From assembly GCA_017433195.1 (NCBI GenBank), contig JAFRHR010000060.1, forward strand, positions 8,258 through 72,257: 64,000 nt of DNA. The letters are read 5' to 3'. Position 1 is the first letter of the stretch. Every line of letters starts with the position of its first letter. Below the pieces are notes generated by a model, which was not told where the DNA came from, ran no database searches, and saw only the letters and a program-made list of their open reading frames with translations. The position numbers and the translations under genes were made by a program. Shown piece by piece: positions 9,236 to 19,070 of this stretch. Source of the stretch: a bacterium (GTDB taxonomy: Bacteria; Cyanobacteriota; Vampirovibrionia; Gastranaerophilales; Gastranaerophilaceae).

Positions 9236-11094
9236 TAACCTAAATCTTTAATAAGTGAACTGTATTTTTTACTAAAAGATGAACCTCTTGCTATTATAGC
9301 ATCTTTTAATATCGCTGCCAAATCAATTTTGTTCAGATTTTCAAAGTTGTTAGGTATTCTTAAAGACCAGTTTTGGTCGCCTGAAGTACCCGGTTTGTTA
9401 TAAACATCTTTGATGTTCATATAATCCGTAAAGAAAATCTGAATATTCTTTGCTTTTGATGCGAATAATTCAACTAATTTTGTATAAGCAAGAAAGTTTG
9501 CATCCGTATTTAATTTACAAATCAAATCATCTTTGTTTTCTGCTTCTGCAAATAAATCTTCAACCAAATTCTTTGCATTCAGATAACCTTCGTGAGAATT
9601 AATCGTCTTATCAGCCCACATTGAAATAGGTTCATTATCGTGAGTTCCTACCATTGCCCAGCAGTTTTCGTCAATGTTGCAGCAGCGATATGGGTGTTCC
9701 TCATCATCAGGAACTACAAACTGAGTTAATCTCATACCCAATAATTTGTATTTTTTAATAACTGCGGCAACAGGATTTGTTAATGTTCCCAAGTCCTCAC
9801 AAACAATTGCATCTTTATTAAGACCGCATTCTTTTGCTGCACCTATAACAATTTTTTCTATCAATCTGCCGTAAAGTTTAATCTGTTCTTCGGATAAAGT
9901 TTTAACTCTTTTTTCTTTATCAGATTCAAGAGTCAAATCCAAATCAGATTCTTTTGCTATTGCATATTTTGATAAGATCGGGTGTTCCGGAGAAGAATAT
10001 AATCTTCCTGCACCGTCTTCAGGTTTCGGAGTTAAACCTTTCTTGTAAACCCACGGATCAATTAAACCTACAATGTGGTCAATTCTTACACCGCCCGGGT
10101 TTTCCTGAAACATCTTCTTATAAAGTTCTTTCATCAAGATACCTGCTTCCCCGAGTTCACCTTCTTTTGTGAACATCTTTTCAGGATCCATAACAGGGAA
10201 ACCCCATGCCTGTCCATCTTCTGAGAAGTAATCAGGAGGACATCCCAAATACCATCCGTCTAAGAATAATGACTGATAAGCCCAGATATCTCTGTCAGAG
10301 AAAGCAACCTGACGGTCTGCAATCATCTTTATACCTTTTTTAGCGGCATATTTCTTTGTCTCTTCGTTCTGAAGATAAAGAACAAACTGACAGAACTTAT
10401 AAAATTCTATATCGTCACTGTATTTACATTCGATTTCTGAAATTCTCTTTGAGTATTCTATTTTTTCTTCAATTGACTGCGGATTTAATAAATTTTTATC
10501 TTGTTCTGATTTCCATAACGGCCAGTAGTCATTACCGTGTTCAATTGATAATGCTTCATATAAAGCGTCATTTGAAAGCCAGAAATCATTTTTTGCTTTG
10601 TATTTTTCAAAGTCATTATTAAGATGTTTGTCGTTCAATGCTTTGAAATTGTTCCAGGCTTCTTTTAAAGCTCCTAACTGTCTGTTATAGATGTAACTGT
10701 AACAAGTTCTTCCCGTGTTTTTGTTTGGGTTGTTGTTAACTATTTCATTGAATGTTTCTTCAGACAATATCTTATGCCATTTGTCAGTTGTTAACTGTTT
10801 TAAATCAATGAATAACGGGTTACCCGAGAAAATTGTACTTGTATAAGGGGAAGAATCGGAAGATTTTGTCTTCCCTGCAGGCCCGAGCTGAATTGCACTG
10901 AAAATACCCGATATAGAATCGATTAATTTCTTTGCCGCATCAGAATTGTATGTTCCAAAGCCTGTATCTTCATTTTCAATAGCGGGAAAACTTCCGCCGT
11001 GTGATATTAAAACTAAATTTTCTTTACCCAAAACATTTAAAGCCTTTTGTATTGCCTTTGTCTTGTGACCTTCTGCAGTTAAACATTCTAACAT
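9235..11094 (-). CDS. malQ: 4-alpha-glucanotransferase (amylomaltase, GH77)
   Basis: GGVRIDHIVGL, AWGFPVMDP, CEDLGT and VGTHDNEP motifs. Its stop overlaps the next gene's start. Confidence 0.9.
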   Translation of the reverse strand: MLECLTAEGHKTKAIQKALNVLGKENLVLISHGGSFPAIENEDTGFGTYNSDAAKKLIDSISGIFSAIQLGPAGKTKSSDSSPYTSTIFSGNPLFIDLKQLTTDKWHKILSEETFNEIVNNNPNKNTGRTCYSYIYNRQLGALKEAWNNFKALNDKHLNNDFEKYKAKNDFWLSNDALYEALSIEHGNDYWPLWKSEQDKNLLNPQSIEEKIEYSKRISEIECKYSDDIEFYKFCQFVLYLQNEETKKYAAKKGIKMIADRQVAFSDRDIWAYQSLFLDGWYLGCPPDYFSEDGQAWGFPVMDPEKMFTKEGELGEAGILMKELYKKMFQENPGGVRIDHIVGLIDPWVYKKGLTPKPEDGAGRLYSSPEHPILSKYAIAKESDLDLTLESDKEKRVKTLSEEQIKLYGRLIEKIVIGAAKECGLNKDAIVCEDLGTLTNPVAAVIKKYKLLGMRLTQFVVPDDEEHPYRCCNIDENCWAMVGTHDNEPISMWADKTINSHEGYLNAKNLVEDLFAEAENKDDLICKLNTDANFLAYTKLVELFASKAKNIQIFFTDYMNIKDVYNKPGTSGDQNWSLRIPNNFENLNKIDLAAILKDAIIARGSSFSKKYSSLIKDLG

Positions 11095-11206
11095 TTTGAA
11101 CTCCTTTTACTTACTGGTGATAAGAAAAGAATACCATGTCAAAGAAAATATTCAATCAATACAAACAATTTGTTAAGAACGTGTTTTTGTTGTAAAACTT
11201 AAATCA

Positions 11207-12736
11207 ATGAACGAAATATTTTTGTACGAACAAAAAGTTAATAAAGACGCAGACTATAATTTGTGGATGATGTTTCCTAATGTTACCTCTTTTGCAATGT
11301 CGTCTCTGGGTTATTTATGGCTTTACAAACTGATAGACGAAGCCGAGAACATAAATACTGAAAGAATTTGCACAGACACAAAGGAAATTAAAATAAATCC
11401 CGCAAAAGTTGACGCAATAGGCGTTTCTTTTTCTTTCGATTTTGATTTTTTAGGGATGCTTGAAATCCTTGATAAGTACAAAATTCCTTTTAAATCAAAA
11501 GACAGAGAAAATACTCAGTTCGAAAACACTTTAATTTTCGGGGGCGGACCTGTTTTAACAGCAAACGCAAGTCCATACGAAGATTTTTTTGACTTTATTC
11601 TTATGGGCGACGGTGACGAATTAAACAAAATCGTTATTGATATATGTAAGCGTGCAAAAATCGAGAAAAAAGCAAAAGAAGAAATTTTAAAAAAACTTTC
11701 CGAGGTTGAGGGAATTTACGTTCCGACACTTAAAAACAAAGTCAAAAAAGTTTGTTGTAACATAAAGGAAACCGTTCATACCCCGATTTTAAGCGAAAAC
11801 AGTTTCTTCCCGAAAACCTTTATCATAGAGGTTTCAAGAGGGTGCAGCAACAGATGCGGTTTTTGTATTGCCTCATACCTCAACATGCCTGTTCGTTTTG
11901 CAGACTATGACGACATCATAGACAAAATTAATTTAGGTTTAAAACACACCGACAAAATCGCATTTTTAGGCGCATTAGTCAGTTCTCACCCAAAATTTTA
12001 CGATATTTTGGGATACATTGATAACTTAATCGATAACGGCAGACATATTGAATTAGGAATTTCCTCAATTAGAGCCGATGCAATTACACCCGAAGTCATA
12101 AAAACCCTTGTAAAAGCGGGACAAAAACACATTACTATCGCAATTGAAGCAGGCAGTGAACGTTTGAGAAAAGTTATAAATAAAAATCTGACGGAAGAAC
12201 AAATCAGAAATGCGGTAAAAACGGCAAGAGAAAACGGACTTAAAGGGATAAAAATATATGCAATAATAGGACTTCCGACTGAAACCGATGACGATATAAG
12301 AGAATTTATAAGGCTTGCAAAAGACCTTAAAAACGAAAATAAAGGCTTTGGCATAACTTTTTCTTTTTCAACATTCGTCCCAAAACCGCATACCCCGTTC
12401 CAGTATTGCAAAAGAGAGGATACTGAAAGCATAAAGAAAAAAGAAGATTACCTAAAAAAAGAGTTCCATAAACTCGGAGTCGGCGCAAAATTTTCAAGTG
12501 CAAAATGGGATTATTACCAGACAGTGCTTTCTAACGGAGACTCCTCACTAACTGACTTTTTAATCGAAGCCTACAAACTCGGCGGTAAATTGGGCGCATT
12601 CAAAACTGCTGCAAAAAATTTAAACATAGATACCGATAAATTTATGCACGGAAAAACGGATAATGAGTTTATTTCAACCATTCCCGACAATAATTACCTC
12701 AAGAAAGAATACGAAAAACTGATAAACTCAAAATAA
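11207..12736 (+). CDS. radical SAM protein (B12-binding-like N-terminal domain)
   Basis: EVSRGCSNRCGFCIASY carries a CX3CX2C cluster motif. 509 aa. Confidence 0.8.
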   Translation: MNEIFLYEQKVNKDADYNLWMMFPNVTSFAMSSLGYLWLYKLIDEAENINTERICTDTKEIKINPAKVDAIGVSFSFDFDFLGMLEILDKYKIPFKSKDRENTQFENTLIFGGGPVLTANASPYEDFFDFILMGDGDELNKIVIDICKRAKIEKKAKEEILKKLSEVEGIYVPTLKNKVKKVCCNIKETVHTPILSENSFFPKTFIIEVSRGCSNRCGFCIASYLNMPVRFADYDDIIDKINLGLKHTDKIAFLGALVSSHPKFYDILGYIDNLIDNGRHIELGISSIRADAITPEVIKTLVKAGQKHITIAIEAGSERLRKVINKNLTEEQIRNAVKTARENGLKGIKIYAIIGLPTETDDDIREFIRLAKDLKNENKGFGITFSFSTFVPKPHTPFQYCKREDTESIKKKEDYLKKEFHKLGVGAKFSSAKWDYYQTVLSNGDSSLTDFLIEAYKLGGKLGAFKTAAKNLNIDTDKFMHGKTDNEFISTIPDNNYLKKEYEKLINSK

Positions 12737-12811
12737 TTTTAAAATTCAAATCCCTAAAAATACATTTTTTCGTGGATTGAAGAATAAGTTTTTGATGTTA
12801 AAATACAATAT

Positions 12812-14677
12812 ATGCCTAACAGTTTGGAAGATGTTGTATCGCAAATTAAAGACAGATTGGATATAGTGGAGGTTGTATCCAAAGTTGTTGTGCTTAAAAA
12901 ATCCGGCGCAAACTTCTGGGGATTATGCCCCTTCCACAACGATAAAAATCCGTCTTTATCCGTAAATCCGCAAAAAGGAATTTATAAATGCTTCTCCTGC
13001 GGAGCAGGCGGTGATGCACTCAAATTCATTATGAAAACCCAAAACAAGGAATTTATGGAAGTTGTAACCGAGCTTGCCGAAAAATTCGGAATAGAAATGC
13101 CGCAATTACAGTCAAGAAGCGCAGGTTCCGAGGCAAAAGCACTTAAAGAAGAAATGATGAAGTCTTGTGAAGATGCGGCAAAATTTTACATGAAACGGCT
13201 CTACGACGGAAAAGAAAGCGAAAAAGCGCAAAAAATTCTTGAAAAAAGAGGAATAACAAAAGAAATTATAAAAAAATTCTCAATAGGCTGGGCAGAAAAC
13301 GAATACACAGCACTTTACGACCAACTTAAAAAAGATTATTCCGTCGATGTACTTGAAAAAGCGGGACTTATCATAAAAGGCAACAAAGGTGATTATATCG
13401 ACCGTTTCAGAAACAGAATAATTATTCCTATTCAAAACGAAGACGGAAAATATGTCGCATTTGGGGCAAGAGCGGTTGATGAGGGACAGGTTCCGAAATA
13501 TTTAAACTCGGCAGATTCACTCATTTACAACAAAAGCAAAATTCTTTACGGGCTTTACACCGCAAAAGATGCAATTAAAACGGAAGACAGCGCAATAATT
13601 ATGGAAGGATATTTTGACGTAATATCCACACAGGCGCACGGCATCGAAAACTGCGTAGCATCCTGCGGAACTGCACTTACACCCGAACATGTAAAACTCA
13701 TTTCAAGATATACAAAATCAAGAAAGATTTTCTTATCATTTGATACGGATAATGCAGGTGTAACCGCAACAAAAAGAAGCGGAAACATAATCAGAGAAGT
13801 ATTTTCAACAGTAGGGGCAATAAAACAGTTTGACGACAGTTACTCAAACATGTCCTCAAACAACACCTACTCGTGCGAAATCAGAGTTATTTCACCGCCG
13901 GAAGGCAAAGATCCCGATGAATACATCAGAGCAAACGGAGCGGATAAATTCAGACAATATATACAAAAAGCACCGTTATTGATAGACTTTGAAATAAATC
14001 TGATACTGAAAGAAAAGGCTGAAACACCTCAGGAGAAATCACAAATTGCAGAAAAGGCAATAGAAGTGCTTTCTGAAATAAATAACCCTATAATTCAGTC
14101 AGAATATACAAAAAAGGTAGCAAGTACACTTAATATCGATTATGATGTACTTCTCCAAGAGGTGCGTAAAATCAGCAATTTCGACTTAAACGTTCCAAAA
14201 ATAAACATAAAAAATGTAACAAAATCTTTACAATTAGCAGAAAAAACGCAAAAAAATTTATTGAGCATTTATTTTACTAATGAAAACTATTTACAAAATG
14301 ACGAAATACTCCAAATGATAAGCAGTGACTTATTTACAGACGAAACGTTAATAATTGTAAAAAGTACAATTGACAAACTGATTCAAACAGTAAATAATGT
14401 TAGGGAATTAACAGAAAAATTATATACAAATTTCATAACAGACGAGAAAATAAGCCAATTAATAACAGATCTGATTTACATGTCAGAAGCGTTTAACGGT
14501 TTGTCAGTAGAAGAAATTAAGTTAGCAATAAAAGAAATGGTAACTAAACTTAGAAGGTTAAAAATTGATAACGAAATTGCGGAACTTAAAAAAGAATACA
14601 AAAGCGTCAATGACGAAGATACAGAAGCCCTAAAAGCACAAATACGGCTAAAGGAAAAGATAAAAGACTGGAGATAA
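12812..14677 (+). CDS. dnaG: DNA primase
   Basis: Zinc finger [13 protein letters not shown]....[17 protein letters not shown]-type EGYFDVIS and FDTDNAG. Confidence 0.92.
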   Translation: MPNSLEDVVSQIKDRLDIVEVVSKVVVLKKSGANFWGLCPFHNDKNPSLSVNPQKGIYKCFSCGAGGDALKFIMKTQNKEFMEVVTELAEKFGIEMPQLQSRSAGSEAKALKEEMMKSCEDAAKFYMKRLYDGKESEKAQKILEKRGITKEIIKKFSIGWAENEYTALYDQLKKDYSVDVLEKAGLIIKGNKGDYIDRFRNRIIIPIQNEDGKYVAFGARAVDEGQVPKYLNSADSLIYNKSKILYGLYTAKDAIKTEDSAIIMEGYFDVISTQAHGIENCVASCGTALTPEHVKLISRYTKSRKIFLSFDTDNAGVTATKRSGNIIREVFSTVGAIKQFDDSYSNMSSNNTYSCEIRVISPPEGKDPDEYIRANGADKFRQYIQKAPLLIDFEINLILKEKAETPQEKSQIAEKAIEVLSEINNPIIQSEYTKKVASTLNIDYDVLLQEVRKISNFDLNVPKINIKNVTKSLQLAEKTQKNLLSIYFTNENYLQNDEILQMISSDLFTDETLIIVKSTIDKLIQTVNNVRELTEKLYTNFITDEKISQLITDLIYMSEAFNGLSVEEIKLAIKEMVTKLRRLKIDNEIAELKKEYKSVNDEDTEALKAQIRLKEKIKDWR

Positions 14678-14678
14678 T

Positions 14679-15779
14679 ATGACAGAGAAAAGAAACCATA
14701 AATCATCTATTGTCAGCATCGAAGACGAAGAAATGGACATTCTTGATTTTGAAAAAGACGAAGATGATGAAAATGATAGTTATATAAATGACGATATCGG
14801 CACAGACAATATCGAAGACATTATTACCTCATCAAAAATTGACGGAAAACCTGAGGATATAATGTTCATGAACGATTCTATGGTCGATATGGAAGCTGAT
14901 GACGAGGATTTAACAAATATAGATTTACCAAAAAATATGGCTATGGAAGATCCGGTAAGACTCTATTTAAGAGAAATCGGAAGAATTAAATTGTTATCCA
15001 CCAGCGAAGAAATTGAACTTGCAAGAAAGATTATTGAAGGCGGAGACCCCGGTGCAAGAGCAAAGAGAAAACTTGTTCAGGCTAACTTAAGATTAGTTGT
15101 AAGTATCGCAAAGAAATATGTCGGCAGAGGTATGTTGTTCTTAGACTTAATCCAGGAAGGTAACTTAGGTTTAATCAGAGCAGCAGAAAAATTTGACCAC
15201 GAAAGAGGTTTTAAATTCTCAACTTATGCTACATGGTGGATCAGACAAGCTATTACAAGAGCAATTGCTGATCAGGCAAGAACAATAAGAATTCCTGTTC
15301 ACATGGTTGAAACTATCAACAAACTCAAAAAAGTAACAAGAAAACTCGCTCAGGAATTTTCAAGAAAACCAACAGAAGAAGAATTAGCTGAAGCAATGGG
15401 CTTCTCTATTTCAAAACTTCGTGAAATTGTAAAAATCGCACAAGAACCTCTATCTTTAGAAACTCCTATCGGAAAAGAAGAAGATTCAAGACTTGGTGAT
15501 TTTATTGAAGACAAAGAAGCAGATGCCCCAATTAAAACAGTTGCCTCTGAACTTTTAAGAGAAGATTTAGCAGAGGTTTTATGTACATTATCCCCGAGAG
15601 AACGTGACGTATTAAGATTACGTTTCGGTATGGATGACGGTCGTCAGAGAACTCTTGAAGAAGTCGGACAGTTGTTCGGTGTAACAAGAGAAAGAATCAG
15701 ACAAATCGAAGCAAAGGCTTTAAGAAAATTAAGACATCCAAACCGCAGCAAACGTTTAAGAGAATACGTTGAAAGCTAA
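14679..15779 (+). CDS. rpoD: primary RNA polymerase sigma-70 factor
   Basis: Acidic region 1, then [41 protein letters not shown] and a region 4 HTH. Starts 2 nt after dnaG. Confidence 0.95.
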   Translation: MTEKRNHKSSIVSIEDEEMDILDFEKDEDDENDSYINDDIGTDNIEDIITSSKIDGKPEDIMFMNDSMVDMEADDEDLTNIDLPKNMAMEDPVRLYLREIGRIKLLSTSEEIELARKIIEGGDPGARAKRKLVQANLRLVVSIAKKYVGRGMLFLDLIQEGNLGLIRAAEKFDHERGFKFSTYATWWIRQAITRAIADQARTIRIPVHMVETINKLKKVTRKLAQEFSRKPTEEELAEAMGFSISKLREIVKIAQEPLSLETPIGKEEDSRLGDFIEDKEADAPIKTVASELLREDLAEVLCTLSPRERDVLRLRFGMDDGRQRTLEEVGQLFGVTRERIRQIEAKALRKLRHPNRSKRLREYVES

Positions 15780-15802
15780 TTAATACTACCAAATAAAAGA
15801 AT

Positions 15803-15838
15803 AAACAGATAATCAGTTCCGGTTATCTGTTTATTTTT
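15803..15838 (+). terminator. rho-independent terminator after rpoD
   Basis: AAACAGATAA-10 nt-TTATCTGTTT followed by a T run. Confidence 0.55.
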
Positions 15839-15871
15839 AACAACAGTATTTATGGTAAACAGAACAAAAAC

Positions 15872-16074
15872 TGTCATGCTGAACTTGCGGATTTACGTAC
15901 GGCATTTATGCCGGATAGCGAGGTTTGAAAGTTGCTGCAGTGATAAATAGCAACGACAAAACCGAGCGTGGAGTAAATCTAAGACAGTTTCAGCATCTTA
16001 TCAACATTACAAAATAGAAATTATATCTTTTTACTTATAGTCAAATAGACCCTGAAATAAATTCAGGGTGACAT
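15872..16074. repeat. MITE-like element A, copy 1 (interrupted)
   Basis: Termini are TGTCATGCTGAA... and ...TTCAGGGTGACA(T), imperfect inverted repeats. Second copy at 58599-58706. The internal hairpin CATGCTGAACTTG/TTTCAGCATC is split by a 100-bp insertion. Confidence 0.6.
15888..15987. repeat. small palindromic element C, copy 1, nested inside element A
   Basis: Shares CCGGATAGCGAGGTTTGAA...GTTGC..AGCAAC..CAAAACCGAGCGTGGAG.AAATC.AAGACAG with 57929-58038. Sits exactly where the intact A copy reads CTTG|TTTCAG. Confidence 0.6.
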
Positions 16075-16129
16075 TTGTAGTTCTATTTATATTCTTATAG
16101 TTATCTCTTTTTTATGATATATTTTATTT

Positions 16130-17464
16130 ATGAATTTAATGCAGGAATTTGATACAATTGCAGCAATTTCAACTCCTTTCGGCACAGGCGGAATAGGAGT
16201 TATAAGACTGTCAGGCTCAGACAGTTTTAAAATAATTGAGAAAATTTTCAGGGGTAAAATCTCTAAAAACGGGATAAGCCATGGCTGGCTCGTTGACGGA
16301 GATACTAAAATTGACGAAGTTATTATTCTTGAATTTGAAAACCCGAACAGTTATACAGGCGAAGATGTTGCAGAAATTCAGTGCCACGGCGGAATAAATG
16401 TAGTAAATAACGTTTTAAAACTCGTTTTGAAAAACGGTGCAAGAATGGCAGAAAAAGGGGAATTTACCAAACGCGCTTTCTTAAATAAGAAAATGGATTT
16501 ATCTCAGGCGGAAGCCGTTGCCGATTTAATTCACTCAAAAACAAGCAAATTTGCCGTTGTATCGGCTCAAAATCTTTCGGGGCACCTCGCAAAAAAAATA
16601 TCGGAAATGAGAGAAAATCTTGTCGAACTTTTATCGAGAATTGTTGCTGGAATTGATTTTCCGGAAGATGTAGCAGAGCCAGAATACGATTATTTAAAAG
16701 AAAATACGGAAAAAATAATTTCTGATATTGATAAAATTTTAAAAGAGGCAAACGCCTCAAACATAATGCGAAACGGGGTTTCCGTTGCGGTCATAGGAAA
16801 ATCAAATGTCGGAAAATCCTCACTTTTTAATGCACTTTTAAACGTAGAAAGAGCTATCGTTACGGATATTGAGGGAACAACAAGAGATACCCTGAGAGAA
16901 ACACTTGATTTGGGTGCACCCGTTACCCTAATTGATACTGCTGGGTTCAGAAATGCTGAAGATATTTCAAAGGTTGAGGCAATAGGAATTGAGTATTCAA
17001 AACAGGCATTAGAAGAAGCCTCTGTCGTTTTGTTTGTCTATGATGCAAGAGAGGGATTGTCTGACGAAGTCAATTCTTATGTTTTAGACCTTACTAAGGG
17101 TAAAAAGACGATAATTGCAGCTAATAAATGTGATTTAACGGACAAAAGAGAATGTGATAAGCTTTATATTTCGGCATTGACGGGCGAAGGACTTGAAGAA
17201 TTAAAAGAAAAAATCAAAGAATGTATATCCGAACTTACAACCGAAAATATCGATTATGCAACGAATTTAAGACAGCAGGACTGTCTGACGAAAGCAAAAG
17301 AATCGCTTTCTCAGGCATTAGAGGGAATTAAAAACGAAGAATTACAGGATTTGATTTCAATAGATATAAAAGCAGCACTTTTGGCACTTGACGAACTTTC
17401 GGGCGAAGTCATAACGGATGAAATTCTGAACAATATTTTTGATAATTTCTGCATTGGGAAATAG
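16130..17464 (+). CDS. mnmE: tRNA modification GTPase
   Basis: N-terminal DTIAAISTP.G.GGIGVIRLSG, G domain GKSNVGKSSLFNAL, C-terminal FCIGK. Confidence 0.9.
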   Translation: MNLMQEFDTIAAISTPFGTGGIGVIRLSGSDSFKIIEKIFRGKISKNGISHGWLVDGDTKIDEVIILEFENPNSYTGEDVAEIQCHGGINVVNNVLKLVLKNGARMAEKGEFTKRAFLNKKMDLSQAEAVADLIHSKTSKFAVVSAQNLSGHLAKKISEMRENLVELLSRIVAGIDFPEDVAEPEYDYLKENTEKIISDIDKILKEANASNIMRNGVSVAVIGKSNVGKSSLFNALLNVERAIVTDIEGTTRDTLRETLDLGAPVTLIDTAGFRNAEDISKVEAIGIEYSKQALEEASVVLFVYDAREGLSDEVNSYVLDLTKGKKTIIAANKCDLTDKRECDKLYISALTGEGLEELKEKIKECISELTTENIDYATNLRQQDCLTKAKESLSQALEGIKNEELQDLISIDIKAALLALDELSGEVITDEILNNIFDNFCIGK

Positions 17465-17481
17465 GTAGACCTTTATTTACC

Positions 17482-17715
17482 CTAACTCTTGAAATAATCG
17501 CAGATTAGTTTTTCTTTTTTGGGGATAAGATTCTTAATCGTTTCGATTATCGGGTTCTTGTTTGCTTCTTCGTATTCTTTTTTCAAGATAGCCTTTTCAA
17601 GTACCGCTTTATTATACAAATCACCGCATGCTTCAGTTTTATCGGCGTGAAGCTTCAGTTTCTTTACCTGTAATTCTTTTTCCATTAAGTGTTTGCGCAG
17701 TCTGAATTTATTCAT
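17482..17715 (-). CDS. small hypothetical K/E-rich protein (start uncertain)
   Basis: The longest ORF (to 17835) starts inside the palindromic repeat at 17798-17869. ATG at 17715 follows AGGA. Confidence 0.25.
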   Translation of the reverse strand: MNKFRLRKHLMEKELQVKKLKLHADKTEACGDLYNKAVLEKAILKKEYEEANKNPIIETIKNLIPKKEKLICDYFKS

Positions 17716-17797
17716 AGTTCCTATTATAAAGGCTTTTTCAAAAAAACTCAATCCGTTTTTTGGGTGAAAAAGTAACAAATCTAAGAAATCATAATTG

Positions 17798-17869
17798 CAC
17801 CTCATCCTAACCTTCCCCTCAAGGGGAAGGAACACACCCTCTCCTTACAGGAGAGGGTTGGGGTGAGGT
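17798..17869. repeat. composite GC-rich palindromic element (two inner hairpins enclosed by an outer stem)
   Basis: ACCTCATCCTAACC [CCTTCCCC-TCAA-GGGGAAGG] [ACCCTCTCC-TTAC-AGGAGAGGGT overlapping] GGTTGGGGTGAGGT. Confidence 0.7.
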
Positions 17870-17996
17870 AAATATTATCCTTAACAATTAAAAATAAAGG
17901 CTTTTTAACATTAAAAAATATTACATTATTTGTATGGTTGATTTTAAAAAAAATATTATTAAAATAACCATAGACGACAAATATAAGGAGATTATA

Positions 17997-18554
17997 ATGG
18001 CAAAATATTTAAACGGAAGTTCGCTGTTTACCGCGGTAAATGCAGGGCTGACAAGTTCCTACAGTGTTCTTTCAAATCAATATACAGACGGCGTAACTCT
18101 TGAAAATATCAATAAATCGTTTACAAATCAGTCAATACTTGCAAACGGTAACACTGCCGCATTTTCGTCATATTTATCAACGAATTTCAATTCGTTTGAT
18201 AAAAATAAAGACGGAAAAATTTCCGCAGATGAAATTCAGAACTTTATGACAAACATTTCTCAGCAGGGAATGACTCGTGAACAAATGACAATGTTAGGTT
18301 CCGCATCTGGAATGTCGGGATCATTGCTTGAAACCGTACTTAATCATTTTGATGAAATTGATGCAAACCATGACGGAAAAGTTACTAATCAGGAAATCCA
18401 AAGTTACGGTGTAACCTCTGCTTTGGAAAATCAAAAAATTGAAGACAGAAACAGGATGATAAACCATATGTCCATGTTTTACGGTGATAGTGCCGAGAAG
18501 TATGAAGGGAGTCTGATGAACTATAAATATCTCTCAGACGATGATAACAAATAA
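17997..18554 (+). CDS. EF-hand calcium-binding protein
   Basis: Two canonical 12-residue EF loops, DKNKDGKISADE and DANHDGKVTNQE. ATG at 17997 follows AGGAG. Confidence 0.6.
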   Translation: MAKYLNGSSLFTAVNAGLTSSYSVLSNQYTDGVTLENINKSFTNQSILANGNTAAFSSYLSTNFNSFDKNKDGKISADEIQNFMTNISQQGMTREQMTMLGSASGMSGSLLETVLNHFDEIDANHDGKVTNQEIQSYGVTSALENQKIEDRNRMINHMSMFYGDSAEKYEGSLMNYKYLSDDDNK

Positions 18555-18583
18555 CAAACTGTAATATGAATAAAGGAACAAAA

Positions 18584-18618
18584 AGGGTATTCAAAAAATT
18601 TTGAATACCCTCTTTTTT
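18584..18618. terminator. bidirectional terminator between the EF-hand gene and rpmE
   Basis: AGGGTATTCAAAA/TTTTGAATACCCT hairpin flanked by A/T runs on both sides. Confidence 0.5.
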
Positions 18619-18637
18619 ATGTGATACAAAATTTATC

Positions 18638-18841
18638 TTACTTCTTTGTACCGTATCTTTTGTTAAATCTTTCAACTCTACCTTCAGAGTCAAGGATTTT
18701 CTGCTGACCTGTATAGAACGGGTGGCATTTGCTGCAAATTTCAACGGTAATGTTATCACAAACAGAACCTGTTTCTATTTCGTTTCCGCATACACATTTA
18801 ATAGTTGTTTTCTTGTAATCCGGATGTATGTCTTTTTTCAT
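18638..18841 (-). CDS. rpmE: 50S ribosomal protein L31
   Basis: MKKDIHPDY...C.CG......[10 protein letters not shown]...[10 protein letters not shown]. Confidence 0.9.
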   Translation of the reverse strand: MKKDIHPDYKKTTIKCVCGNEIETGSVCDNITVEICSKCHPFYTGQQKILDSEGRVERFNKRYGTKK

Positions 18842-19070
18842 TTTAACCTTCTTTCTGTCAAGATTCCAAACTTGATCTGCTAATTACATCGACTATAAGA
18901 CATTCTATATTGCTAAATATCAATATGCAAGTAAAATTTAAATTTTTGAAACATGACTCTAAAAAATTTTTCAAAACCTTACAATTTATAAACCGCCGGA
19001 TAACACTTTTCTTGAATTATTTTCATGTTTCGGATATTCTTTTCATGTTATTTATTTATGAGGATATGAT

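Noticed and set aside
2567-16760. Many ORF-track entries lie antisense to or inside stronger genes: 2567..2881, 4424..4648, 4639..4992, 6163..6351, 6458..6679, 8954..9199, 9954..10172, 10356..10622, 11998..12432, 12754..12939, 13555..13788, 14476..14706 and 16464..16760. Later examples include 23585..24196, 27291..27512, 28947..29201, 39532..40147, 42081..42437, 42943..43338, 45555..45881, 60665..60956, 61695..61970 and 62046..62291.
   Set aside because: Each overlaps a gene with clear family motifs on the opposite strand or in another frame. Their translations are low-complexity (F/L/I/S/K-rich), as expected from AT-rich antisense sequence, and they lack a convincing RBS.
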